NCBI GenBank assembly: GCA_963838845.1
Contig: CAWISR010000003.1
Coordinates: 1,092,322 to 1,156,321, forward strand
DNA from: an uncultured Acidimicrobiaceae bacterium
GTDB lineage: Bacteria; Actinomycetota; Acidimicrobiia; Acidimicrobiales; Bog-793
Direction: 5' to 3'
DNA length: 64,000 bases
In this document: piece by piece, positions 50,056 to 60,498 of the stretch
Layout: each line of letters begins with the position of its first letter
Numbering within the stretch: the stretch's first letter is position 1
Position numbers and translations under genes: made by a program
Notes under the pieces: generated by a model
Database searches by the model: none
What the model was told of the DNA's origin: nothing
The model's input: only the letters and a program-made list of their open reading frames with translations

Positions 50056-51429
50056 ATGCCGACGCTCGAGGACGAACGAGCGGTCGCGGGAGGTGATCGT
50101 GGCGTCGGGGGGCCGACGATCACCGTCTTGCTCGCAGACGACAACCTGATTGTCCGAGAGGGCGTGAAAGCGCTGTTGGTACTGGAGCGCGACTTCGAAC
50201 TCGTTGGCACTGCCGGTGACTACGACGAGCTCGTCGCGGCGTCCGAGCGACTCGCCCCGCAGGTCGTCATCACCGACATCCGGATGCCGCCGAACTTTCA
50301 ACAGGAAGGCATCGACGCCGCGCACGAGATCCGCAAGCGCCACCCTGGCACCGGGATCGTCGTGCTCTCCCAGTTCGACGACCCCGAGTATGCGATCTCT
50401 CTCCTCGCCGAGGGCTCCGCGGGCTACGCGTACCTGTTGAAGGACCGCGTCGCCGAGGGTGACCAGCTCGCCCGGGCGGTGCGCACCGTCGCAACAGGGG
50501 GTTCGGTGCTCGACCCGGCGATCGTCGAGTCGATGGTCCATCCGGTCACCGACTCGGGAGGACTCGACGAGTCCGACGAGCAGCTGCTGAAGTTCGTCGC
50601 CGAGGGCCGACCGATCAAGGCGATCGCCGTCGCGACGAACACGACTCCCGCTGCGACCGCGGACGCCGTCGAGCGGCTGTTCCTGCGCCTCGCGAAGGAC
50701 GCGAGCAGCGGCAGCAAGCAGTCGCTTCGTCAGCTGCGCAAGCTGCACGAGGCGATCGTCGATCGCGAAGAACAAGGCGAATCGCTGAGCCGCCTACTGC
50801 CCGGTGGCGTCGCGCAAATGCTGCGCGACGAAGGATGCCGTCCCGGCGAGACGGTCCAGCTCACCGTCAGCGTCTTGATGTCGGACATCCGCGGGTACTC
50901 GACGATCGCCGAGCGCGCCGATCCGAGCGCGCTTGCCGGGCAGCTGAACGTGCATCGCGGCGAGATGAACCGAGCGGTCATCGGAGAAGGGGGCACCGTG
51001 ATGCAGTTCGTCGGCGACGCGGTGATGGCGGTCTTCGGGGCGCCGGTTCCGATCCCGGATCACCCGGACAGGGCGCTGCGCGCCGCGCTGGCGATGCACC
51101 GCGCGCAGGAGGCGGTGAACGTTCGCTGGCGCGATGAGGGTCTTGCCGAGTTCGGCCTCGGCATCGGGATCACGACCGGCGAGGTCGCCGCGGCATTGCT
51201 CGGATCGGACGAGCGCCTCGAGTACACGGTCGTCGGCGACACCGTGAACCTCGCTCAGCGGATCCAGCAGTGGGCAGAACCGGGAGAGACCGTCCTTTCC
51301 GACGCGACGTACCAGTCGTTGCTCGACCAGATCGCGGCGGAGCCGATCGCGCCGTCGACGGTGAAGGGGCGCTCAGGTTTGGTCGGCGCGTGGAAGGTGG
51401 CGGCACAAATGGCGGGAGTGGACCGATGA
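50056..51429 (+). CDS. NarL-type response regulator (REC plus LuxR-like HTH remnant) fused to a class III adenylate/guanylate cyclase domain
   Basis: REC: VLLADDNLIVREG...VVITDIRMPP...IVVLSQF...YLLKDR. HTH-like: DEQLLKFVAEGRPIKAIAVATNTTPAATADAVERLFLRLA. Cyclase: VLMSDIRGYST...GGTVMQFVGDAVMAVFG...EYTVVGDTVNLAQRIQ. The ATG lies 1 nt after the upstream stop. Confidence 0.85.
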   Translation: MPTLEDERAVAGGDRGVGGPTITVLLADDNLIVREGVKALLVLERDFELVGTAGDYDELVAASERLAPQVVITDIRMPPNFQQEGIDAAHEIRKRHPGTGIVVLSQFDDPEYAISLLAEGSAGYAYLLKDRVAEGDQLARAVRTVATGGSVLDPAIVESMVHPVTDSGGLDESDEQLLKFVAEGRPIKAIAVATNTTPAATADAVERLFLRLAKDASSGSKQSLRQLRKLHEAIVDREEQGESLSRLLPGGVAQMLRDEGCRPGETVQLTVSVLMSDIRGYSTIAERADPSALAGQLNVHRGEMNRAVIGEGGTVMQFVGDAVMAVFGAPVPIPDHPDRALRAALAMHRAQEAVNVRWRDEGLAEFGLGIGITTGEVAAALLGSDERLEYTVVGDTVNLAQRIQQWAEPGETVLSDATYQSLLDQIAAEPIAPSTVKGRSGLVGAWKVAAQMAGVDR

Positions 51430-52154
51430 GCGTGATGCAGGCACGTGGCGTGCGCAAGACGTATGAGACCGAGGGTGCCCCGGTGCGCGCGCTGCGGGGA
51501 GTCGACCTTGCGATGGGCGAAGGGGAGTTCGTCGCGATCATGGGACCGTCGGGCTGTGGCAAGTCGACGCTGTTGAACCTCATCGCAGGTCTCGACGTGC
51601 CAACCGATGGTGAGATCGTCGTCGCCGGAGAGGCGCTGTCCGGCATGGACGAGGACGATCTCGCGTTGATGCGCCGTCGCCACATCGGCATCGTCTTTCA
51701 GTTCTTCAACCTCTTGGAAGGGATGACCGTCCTCGAGAACGCGACGCTCCCCGCCGTCGTCGCCGGCCTGCGCCGTCGGCAGGCGGAGAGCAGGGCGCGT
51801 GATCTCCTCGACCTCCTCGGTCTCGCCGACAAGGCGCGCGCCGCTCCCGGACTGCTCTCAGGCGGGGAGCGCCAGCGCCTCGCCATCGCCCGCGCGCTCG
51901 CGAACGCGCCGACTCTGCTGCTCGCCGACGAGCCGACCGGCGCGCTCGACTCCGAAGGCGGATTCGAAGTTCTCGAGCTGTTCCGGCGGCTGCACGCCGG
52001 TGGCCAGTCAATCCTTCTCGTCACCCACGACGAGCACGTCGCCGCGCCGGCGTCGCGCCTCGTCCATATGCGCGACGGCCGCATCGAATCCGACGTCGAA
52101 CAGCGCGTGGAGCTCGCCGTCGAAGCGGAGATCGACGTCGCGATCTACGAATGA
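51426..52154 (+). CDS. ABC transporter ATP-binding protein (MacB/LolD/FtsE-like) with no adjacent permease gene
   Basis: Walker A GPSGCGKST, signature LSGGERQRLAIARAL, Walker B LLLADEPTGALD, H-loop LLVTHD. ATGA overlaps are present at both its 5' and 3' ends. Confidence 0.9.
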   Translation: MSVMQARGVRKTYETEGAPVRALRGVDLAMGEGEFVAIMGPSGCGKSTLLNLIAGLDVPTDGEIVVAGEALSGMDEDDLALMRRRHIGIVFQFFNLLEGMTVLENATLPAVVAGLRRRQAESRARDLLDLLGLADKARAAPGLLSGGERQRLAIARALANAPTLLLADEPTGALDSEGGFEVLELFRRLHAGGQSILLVTHDEHVAAPASRLVHMRDGRIESDVEQRVELAVEAEIDVAIYE

Positions 52155-54370
52155 TGGACGCCGCCCCGATCGTCGTCAGCCAGCTCGGTGTGCGCCGCGA
52201 ATCGGCGGCCCCGCCGGCGTCGCGTCGGCGCGTCGCGGTCGGGCCGACGTTGCTGCTCGCCGCGGTGGCGCTCGGGGGGGCCATCGCCGCGCCCGTGGTC
52301 GACCACCGCGGCGACCTTCTCACTCAAGTGGTCCGGGCGGTCGTCGTCGGGTGCTTCGCGATCGCCGGCGGATTCGCCCTCATGCTCCGGCCGAAGGAGC
52401 GCCAGCCGCTGCTCGTGCTCTCGGCGACGTTCGTCGCCGCTGCCGCGGTCGTCTCGGCGGCCCTCATTCAAGCCCACGCCCACCACGCCGCCGTCGCCGG
52501 GGGTCTCGTCGCGGTGGCGCGCCTTGTCGCGCCGGTGGCGCTCGCGATCTTGCCGATGTCGACGATGCACGTCCTGCTCGGCCTGCCGGACGGCACCTGC
52601 CGGCTGAGCCGCTTCGCGATCGGCGGCGGCTATCTCGTGGCGATCGGCGTCGGGCTCGGAATGTGGAGCGACAGGCCGGTGCTGCCGCTGTGGCCGGTCG
52701 GGGTCGAGCTCCTCGTCGCCGTGCCCATCGGGCTCTACGGCGCCAGGCGCCGCTATCGGCGCTCGGCAGGGCTCGAGCGCCAGCGGATGCAGTGGTTCGG
52801 GTGGGCGGTGTCCGTCGGGGTCGAGATCGTCGTCCTCGCCGAGGCGTTGCGCCTTTTTTGGGGCTGGCCGACGCGCGAAGCGCTCGTCGTCACGGTCGCC
52901 GCCGTGCCGATCGCGATCGCCGTCGCGGCGGGCGCGACGACCGTCATCGCGACGCGCATCGACCGCCTGCTCGCCTGGTCGGTCTCGGTCGCCGGTCTGA
53001 CCGGCGTCGTCGTCGTCGTGTACCTCATCGTCGTCTTGGGCATCGGACACGCGCCGACGAAACAGGAGCGGACGCTGCTCATCCTCTCGATGATTGCCGC
53101 GGCGGCGTCAGCGTTGATCTACGGGCCGGCGCGCACGCGCCTGAAGTCTTACGCGAACCGCATCGTCTACGGCGAGCGCGAGGCGCCCGACACCGTGCTA
53201 CGCACCTTCGCGACGCGCCTCACCCGCGCCATGCCGCTTGAGGAACTCTTGTTGCAGGTCGTCGAGTCGCTGCGCAAAACGCTTGCGCTCACCTCGGCCG
53301 AGATCTGGACCGGATCCGGCGGTGTGCTGGAACGCGCCGTGTCGGTGCCGGACGCACCCGGGGCGCGGATCGTGTTGAGTGCGAGCGAAGAGTCGGTGGT
53401 CGCCCGCGCCGGCGTCACGGGCAATGCGTGGCTTGAGATCTGGATGCCGCAGATCCTGAAGGGCCACGAAGGGTTTGCGATCCGCGTCGCGCCGACCACG
53501 CACTCGGGCCGCGTCCTCGGACTCGTCGTCGCGGCGCGCAAATCCGACGGCGAGCGCTTCAGCGAGGGCGACGACACGACGCTCGTCGAGCTCGCCCGGC
53601 AGCTCGGCCTCGCTCTCCACAACGTCGAGCTCGACTCGGCACTGCAGGAGTCACTCGACGAGGTGCGGCGACAAGCCGACGAACTGCGCGCCTCGAGAGC
53701 GCGGATCGTTGCCGCGTCGGATGCGGCGCGCCGCCAGATCGAGCGGAACCTCCACGACGGCGCGCAGCAGCACCTCGTCGCGCTCGCCGTCAACGTCCGT
53801 TTGGCGCGCCAGCTCGTCGAGTCCGACCCTGCGGGTTCTGTCGAGATCCTCGACGCACTCGGCGGTGAGCTGCAGGACGCGGTGCAGGAGCTGCGTGCGC
53901 TCGCGCACGGCATCTACCCGCCGCTGCTCGTCGACCGCGGCGTCGAAGAGGCGTTGCGGTCCGCGGCCTCGCGCGCCGCCATCCCAACCGAGGTCGAGGC
54001 CGAAGGTCTACGGCGCTATTCGCCGGAGGAGGAGGCGGCCGTCTACTTCTGCTGCATGGAGGCGCTGCAGAATGCCGGCAAACACGCGGGCGAGGGAGCG
54101 ACCGCCACCGTGCGAGTCCACGAACGCGAGGGGACGCTCTTTTTCGATGTCGTCGACAACGGCGCCGGATTCGACATGAACGGCGTGAAGGGGCACGGCG
54201 CGGGCTTCGTCAACATGCGCGACCGCGTCGGCGCGATCGGCGGCACGGTCTCGGTGCAGTCCTCGCCCGGGAAGGGAACGAAGATCTCCGGGCACTTGCC
54301 GCTGAGCGGGACGAACGAGCCGTCGACGAACGGTGCGACTGGCGTGGAGCGCTCGGCCCTCAGGACCTGA
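52151..54370 (+). CDS. Polytopic (about 10 TM) sensor histidine kinase with GAF-like domain, HisKA_3 and HATPase_c domains
   Basis: The N-terminal 330 aa are almost entirely hydrophobic helices. The central region resembles GAF (...LLLQVVESLRKTLALTSAEIW...GLVVAARK...). The H-box is RQIERNLHDGAQQHLVAL. ATPase motifs are EALQNAGKHAG..., DNGAGF and GHGAGFVNMRDRV. Confidence 0.88.
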   Translation: MMDAAPIVVSQLGVRRESAAPPASRRRVAVGPTLLLAAVALGGAIAAPVVDHRGDLLTQVVRAVVVGCFAIAGGFALMLRPKERQPLLVLSATFVAAAAVVSAALIQAHAHHAAVAGGLVAVARLVAPVALAILPMSTMHVLLGLPDGTCRLSRFAIGGGYLVAIGVGLGMWSDRPVLPLWPVGVELLVAVPIGLYGARRRYRRSAGLERQRMQWFGWAVSVGVEIVVLAEALRLFWGWPTREALVVTVAAVPIAIAVAAGATTVIATRIDRLLAWSVSVAGLTGVVVVVYLIVVLGIGHAPTKQERTLLILSMIAAAASALIYGPARTRLKSYANRIVYGEREAPDTVLRTFATRLTRAMPLEELLLQVVESLRKTLALTSAEIWTGSGGVLERAVSVPDAPGARIVLSASEESVVARAGVTGNAWLEIWMPQILKGHEGFAIRVAPTTHSGRVLGLVVAARKSDGERFSEGDDTTLVELARQLGLALHNVELDSALQESLDEVRRQADELRASRARIVAASDAARRQIERNLHDGAQQHLVALAVNVRLARQLVESDPAGSVEILDALGGELQDAVQELRALAHGIYPPLLVDRGVEEALRSAASRAAIPTEVEAEGLRRYSPEEEAAVYFCCMEALQNAGKHAGEGATATVRVHEREGTLFFDVVDNGAGFDMNGVKGHGAGFVNMRDRVGAIGGTVSVQSSPGKGTKISGHLPLSGTNEPSTNGATGVERSALRT

Positions 54371-54800
54371 AGCTGAGCGGCAGTTTCCCGGCCCAGCCGC
54401 GCGTCAGCACGTCCGGGCCGAACTGTTCTTTGTGCACGTACGCCACGGCGCCGCTCGTCGCGGCATCGGCGGGGAGGCTCTCGACGTCGTAGGTCGACAG
54501 CAAGAGGACCCGCACCGACGGGTGCTGCTCGACGATGCGCCGTGTCGCCTCGATGCCGCCCATGCCGTCCATGTTGATATCCATCAGGACGAGCTGCGGC
54601 TCGAGCTCTGATGCGAGGGCGACGGCTTCCTCGCCCGAGCGTGCCTCTCCGACCACAGTGAACCCGGGGGTCGCGCGCACGACCGCCTTGGCGGCCAAGC
54701 GGAACGGAGCCTGGTCGTCGACGATCAGCACACCGACTGAATCGTCAGCCACCTCATCATCATCGCAGGTCGGTGGCGGTGAGCGGACGCTTGCCAGCAC
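54360..54800 (-). CDS. Stand-alone receiver-domain response regulator (no output domain)
   Basis: VLIVDDQAPFRLAAKAVV...QLVLMDINMDGMGGIEATRRI...VLLLSTY...AYVHKEQ. Its 3' end overlaps the kinase 3' end by 11 nt (convergent). The start is uncertain (ATG 54800 or a downstream GTG). Confidence 0.8.
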   Translation of the reverse strand: MLASVRSPPPTCDDDEVADDSVGVLIVDDQAPFRLAAKAVVRATPGFTVVGEARSGEEAVALASELEPQLVLMDINMDGMGGIEATRRIVEQHPSVRVLLLSTYDVESLPADAATSGAVAYVHKEQFGPDVLTRGWAGKLPLSFRS

Positions 54801-54832
54801 GAGGGTGCAAGGCGTGGCACCACCACGACGGC

Positions 54833-55501
54833 CTAATCGGCGCGATCGGAGAGAAAAAGGAGTACGGCCTTCACCCGTCGGTGGACGTCGAGTTCCTGGG
54901 ACAACCCGAGCTTGGAGAAGATCGAGTTGATGTGCTTTTCGACCGCTCGCTCAGAAAGCACGAGCGCGGCGGCGACAGCGGCGTTGTTCTTGCCGGTCGC
55001 CATCTCGGCGAGGATCTCTTTTTCGCGCGGGGTCAAGAGCCGCATCGGCGAGTTCTGGGCGCGAGAGCGGGCGGCGACGAGCGCGTCGACGACGACCGGG
55101 TCGATCACCGACCCCCCGGCGGCCGTCTGTCTGATCGCATCGGCGAGCTGTTTGATGTCCGAGACCCGTTCCTTCAGCAGGTAGGCGCGACCCTTCGATC
55201 CGTGTTCCAAGAACGCGAGCGCGTAGCTCGGTTCCGCGTACTGGCTCAAGACGACGACGCCGACGTCGGGATTGCGCGTGCGGAACTCGTTCGCCGCACG
55301 GATGCCTTCGTCGGTGCCGGTTGGCGGCATGCGTATGTCGGTGACAACGACGTCGGGCTTCTCCGCATCGACGCTTTCGAGCAGCGAGTCGTAGTCGGCG
55401 CACGTCGCGACGAGTTCGAGTTCATCTTCGGAGGCGATCAGTCGCGCGACACCCTCGCGGACCAGGTAGTCGTCCTCGGCGAGGACGACCCGTATCGACA
55501 T
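54833..55501 (-). CDS. NarL/LuxR-family DNA-binding response regulator
   Basis: MSIRVVLAEDDYLVREGV...VVVTDIRMPPTGTDEGI...VVVLSQYAEPSYALAFLEHGSKGRAYLLKERV...LTPREKEILAEMATGKNNAAVAAALVLSERAVEKHINSIFSKLGL. It is clearly paralogous to the REC part of 50056-51429. Confidence 0.92.
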   Translation of the reverse strand: MSIRVVLAEDDYLVREGVARLIASEDELELVATCADYDSLLESVDAEKPDVVVTDIRMPPTGTDEGIRAANEFRTRNPDVGVVVLSQYAEPSYALAFLEHGSKGRAYLLKERVSDIKQLADAIRQTAAGGSVIDPVVVDALVAARSRAQNSPMRLLTPREKEILAEMATGKNNAAVAAALVLSERAVEKHINSIFSKLGLSQELDVHRRVKAVLLFLSDRAD

Positions 55502-55570
55502 ACCGACAGGCTACGTGACGAAATCCTCGACGTCTGATAACCCGTCACCGATGGGTCGTTATGAGAGGTA

Positions 55571-56404
55571 TCAATCGAGCGTGATCAGCTGCCCCTGGGT
55601 CGCGGCGCGGACGGGCAGCGGCGCGTCCGTCAACTCCTTCACGATGGCGTCAACTTCGTCATCGGTGCGCGAGGGATCGTGGTGGAACAGAACGAGCTCG
55701 CGGGCCTTCGCCGCGGCGGCCAGGCCGACGGCGTACGGGTAGGCGGAGTGGCCGTAGTGCGCCTTCGTCGGCAGTTCCTCCGCCGTGTACTGCGAGTCGT
55801 GCAAGACGAGGTCGCAACCCTCGGTGAGCGCGAGCGCGGTGTCGTGGTACTCGCCAAAGCCGTCCGGGCCGGGACCGAGGTCGGTCGGGCAATGGTCGGA
55901 GAGGTAGGCGAGCGTGGAGTGGCCGTCCGAGACCCGATACCCGAAGGTCCGCCCGCCTCCGTGGGGGATGTCGAGTGCGAGGACCGAAAGCCCTTCGAGC
56001 TCGTGTTCCCCCGGTTCGAGCGGACGGAAGCTCCACGACCCCCTGAGGCCGCGGGGCGTGATCGGGAAGTGGGGCGGCGACATGAAGCGCTCGAAGATCT
56101 CTTCGCCGTGGGTTTGCGCCGGCAAGTAGGCGTCGACGCGGGCGTCTTCGCGGTCCGCCGAGGTGAAGAACGGCAGGCCCTGGGTGTGATCCCAGTGCAG
56201 ATGGCCGAAGAGGATCGAGCCGCGGAAGGGCTCACCCGCAAAGACGGCGTCGGCGGCGCGAATGCCCGTGCCGGCGTCGATGATGAGCGTCGGTGTGGCG
56301 CCATCTGAAGAGATCCCGACACAGGAGGTGTGGCCCCCGTAGCGGACGAAATCGGCGCCCGGGGTGGGCGTCGACCCCCGCGTGCCGAACAGATGGACGC
56401 GCAT
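55571..56404 (-). CDS. MBL-fold metallo-hydrolase (paralog 2) with canonical HLHWDH motif
   Basis: [29 protein letters not shown]...[15 protein letters not shown]...VLHDSQY...GHSAY...LFHHDP. It lies 69 nt upstream of the NarL regulator on the same strand. Confidence 0.85.
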   Translation of the reverse strand: MRVHLFGTRGSTPTPGADFVRYGGHTSCVGISSDGATPTLIIDAGTGIRAADAVFAGEPFRGSILFGHLHWDHTQGLPFFTSADREDARVDAYLPAQTHGEEIFERFMSPPHFPITPRGLRGSWSFRPLEPGEHELEGLSVLALDIPHGGGRTFGYRVSDGHSTLAYLSDHCPTDLGPGPDGFGEYHDTALALTEGCDLVLHDSQYTAEELPTKAHYGHSAYPYAVGLAAAAKARELVLFHHDPSRTDDEVDAIVKELTDAPLPVRAATQGQLITLD

Positions 56405-56537
56405 CAGGAACCGACGTCCGGGCGACCGAACCCGCGATGGGGTGCAACGAGCACTTTTGTGGCCTTTCTCAGAGGGTCTCCAAGGATACGAGAAGTGGGT
56501 GATTCGACCCTACGCAACAAACGGACCGTACCCGCGG

Positions 56538-56566
56538 TTGCCGGGTCGGCGCGGCGACGGTATCGT
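56538..56566 (+). promoter_or_regulatory. Candidate sigma-A-type promoter of groES-groEL
   Basis: TTGCCG (56538-56543), an exact 17-nt spacer, then TATCGT (56561-56566), directly abutting the CIRCE operator. Confidence 0.5.
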
Positions 56567-56592
56567 TAGCACTCAGAGCAATAGAGTGCTAA
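56566..56592 (+). promoter_or_regulatory. CIRCE operator (HrcA binding site)
   Basis: TTAGCACTC-agagcaata-GAGTGCTAA is a perfect match to the TTAGCACTC-N9-GAGTGCTAA consensus, 24 nt upstream of the groES ATG. Confidence 0.92.
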
Positions 56593-56615
56593 CGAGCCCA
56601 AGGAGGCCCCCCAAG

Positions 56616-58534
<1,919 letters not shown>

Positions 58535-58557
58535 GCGAAGCGACATCACGAATGGAC

Positions 58558-58585
58558 GGGGGCCGGCGAGTCCGGCCCCCGTTTG
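58558..58585 (+). terminator. Candidate intrinsic terminator after groEL
   Basis: GGGGGCCGG-cgagt-CCGGCCCCC is a 9-bp GC stem, followed by gTTTg (a short U tract). Confidence 0.55.
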
Positions 58586-58618
58586 CGTCTCAGTAAGGTC
58601 GGCCGACGTGTCGAAGCG

Positions 58619-59302
58619 ATGACCGCGCCGTATCGCCAGCACGTCCCGCGCCCTGACGACGCTCGACCGGGAAGTCGGCCGCGCTGGACCGAACTCGAAG
58701 CGGCGGATCGCGTGCACATTTCGGTGCAACGAGTGCGCGAAGTGTTCGCCTCTGTGCGCGCACCCGTGATCGCGGACGGTCCTGTCGAGGCGGCGGTCCT
58801 CGTCCTGATCGAGGAGCTCGGCGACGAGGCGAGTGTGCTGCTCATCCGGCGATCGGATCTCGTGCTCGACCCGGGGCACATCGCGTTTCCCGGCGGTCAT
58901 GTCGAAGCGGGAGAGTCACCGCTCGACGCCGCACTGCGCGAGACCGAGGAGGAGATCGGCCTGCACCGCGCGGAGATCGAGGTGATCGGCGCGTTCCCGC
59001 CGATCGGGCGACGTCGCGGCGACGCGCGCGTCGCGCCCTTCGTCGGTCTCGTCCGGGGCCGGCCACTGCTCGTGCCCGATCGCGACGAGGTCGCCGAGGT
59101 CTTCGAGGTCCCGATCGCTGCGCTCGCCGACGACGAGGCGTCGTGGCAGGAGGTCTGGGCGATGGGATCCGACGACGTCGAGATGACCTTTTTCGGGGGG
59201 ATACCCGAGCTCGGCTCGGAGCTTGTCTGGGGGCTTTCGGCGCGCATCCTCTCGGCGTTGCTCGTCCGCGTTCTCCTCGGCGGAGAAAAGGCCACAGTGT
59301 AG
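58619..59302 (+). CDS. NUDIX hydrolase (CoA pyrophosphatase-like)
   Basis: The Nudix box is GGHVEAGESPLDAALRETEEEIGL. The start is assigned to the ATG at 58619. Confidence 0.8.
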   Translation: MTAPYRQHVPRPDDARPGSRPRWTELEAADRVHISVQRVREVFASVRAPVIADGPVEAAVLVLIEELGDEASVLLIRRSDLVLDPGHIAFPGGHVEAGESPLDAALRETEEEIGLHRAEIEVIGAFPPIGRRRGDARVAPFVGLVRGRPLLVPDRDEVAEVFEVPIAALADDEASWQEVWAMGSDDVEMTFFGGIPELGSELVWGLSARILSALLVRVLLGGEKATV

Positions 59303-59364
59303 CCTCGCCGCGGCGCGCGCCGAGGTCGGAGCGGTCGACACCCAGCAGACGGGGGCGGAATCCG

Positions 59365-60498
59365 GTGGCAGACGTCGAGATCGGCATGGGCAAGAGTGCC
59401 CGGCGCGCGTTCGGCCTCGACGAGCTCGCGATCGTGCCGTCGAGGCGGACTCGCGATGCGAATGACGTCGACATCTCCTGGCAGTTCGAGGCGTTCCGCT
59501 TCGACCTGCCCTTCATCGCCGCACCCCGGGACGGGATCGTCGGACCTTCGTCCGCCGCGGCGATCGACGCCGCCGGGGGGCTCGCCTGTCTTGACCTGGA
59601 GGGGCTGTGGACGCGGTACGAAGACCCGCTGCCGGTCCTTGAAGAGATCGCCGCCGCACCTCCGGCCGAAGTGACGCGACGAGTCCAAGCGGCGTACGCG
59701 CAACCCGTTCGTCCGGAGTTCATCAGCGAACGCGTCCGAGCCATCGCCGCCGAAGGCGCCGTCGCCTGCGGCGCGGTGACGCCGCAACGTGCCGAGGAAC
59801 TCGTCCCCGCGGCGATCGACGGCGGCCTCGACGTGCTCGTCATCGCCGGGATCAGCGTTTCGGCGGAGCACGTGTCACGCTCGAGCGTCACGCTCGATCT
59901 CGAGAAGTTCATCCGCTCCCTCGACCTGCCAGTCATCGTCGGGGGCTGTTCGTCGTACGCTGCCGCGCTGCACCTGATGCGCACCGGCGCGATGGGGGTT
60001 CTCGTCGGCGTCGGACCGGGGGAGTCGCCCGCCGCCTCCCGGCGCGTCCTCGGCGTCGGTGTGCCGATCGCCACAGCGATCGCCGACGCGGCCGGCGCGC
60101 GCAGTCGCCACCTGGAGGAGACGGGGTTCTACGTCCAGGTGATCGCCGACGCGCCGATCGCCGAGGGCGGTGACCTGGCGGCAGCGTTTGCATGCGGCGC
60201 CGACGCCGTGATGCTCGCGTCCCCGCTCGCGGCGGCGAAGGAAGCACCCGGTATGGGTCGATACGCCGCCGCCGCCGCCGGCCACCCGCGCCTGCCGCGC
60301 AGCGGCCTCGTCGAGGTCCCGGTGCTCGGCAGCTTGTCCGAGATTCTCACCGGCCCCGCGCACGACCCGAGCGGAAGGACGAACCTCTTCGGCGCGCTCC
60401 GCGCCGCGATGGCGCTTTCTGGGTTCCAGACGATTCGTGAGTTCCACAAGGCGTCCGTCGTCGTCGCTCCGCGTCGATCGGGGTCGTCGAGCACGTGA
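59365..60498 (+). CDS. GuaB3-type IMP dehydrogenase-related protein (no CBS insert)
   Basis: (V)ADVEIGMGKSARRAFGLDELAIVPSRRTRDANDVDISWQ...FIAAPRDGIV... It resembles the mycobacterial GuaB3 N-terminus (VEIGMGRTARR...). The start is the GTG at 59365 or the ATG at 59386. Confidence 0.75.
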   Translation: MADVEIGMGKSARRAFGLDELAIVPSRRTRDANDVDISWQFEAFRFDLPFIAAPRDGIVGPSSAAAIDAAGGLACLDLEGLWTRYEDPLPVLEEIAAAPPAEVTRRVQAAYAQPVRPEFISERVRAIAAEGAVACGAVTPQRAEELVPAAIDGGLDVLVIAGISVSAEHVSRSSVTLDLEKFIRSLDLPVIVGGCSSYAAALHLMRTGAMGVLVGVGPGESPAASRRVLGVGVPIATAIADAAGARSRHLEETGFYVQVIADAPIAEGGDLAAAFACGADAVMLASPLAAAKEAPGMGRYAAAAAGHPRLPRSGLVEVPVLGSLSEILTGPAHDPSGRTNLFGALRAAMALSGFQTIREFHKASVVVAPRRSGSSST

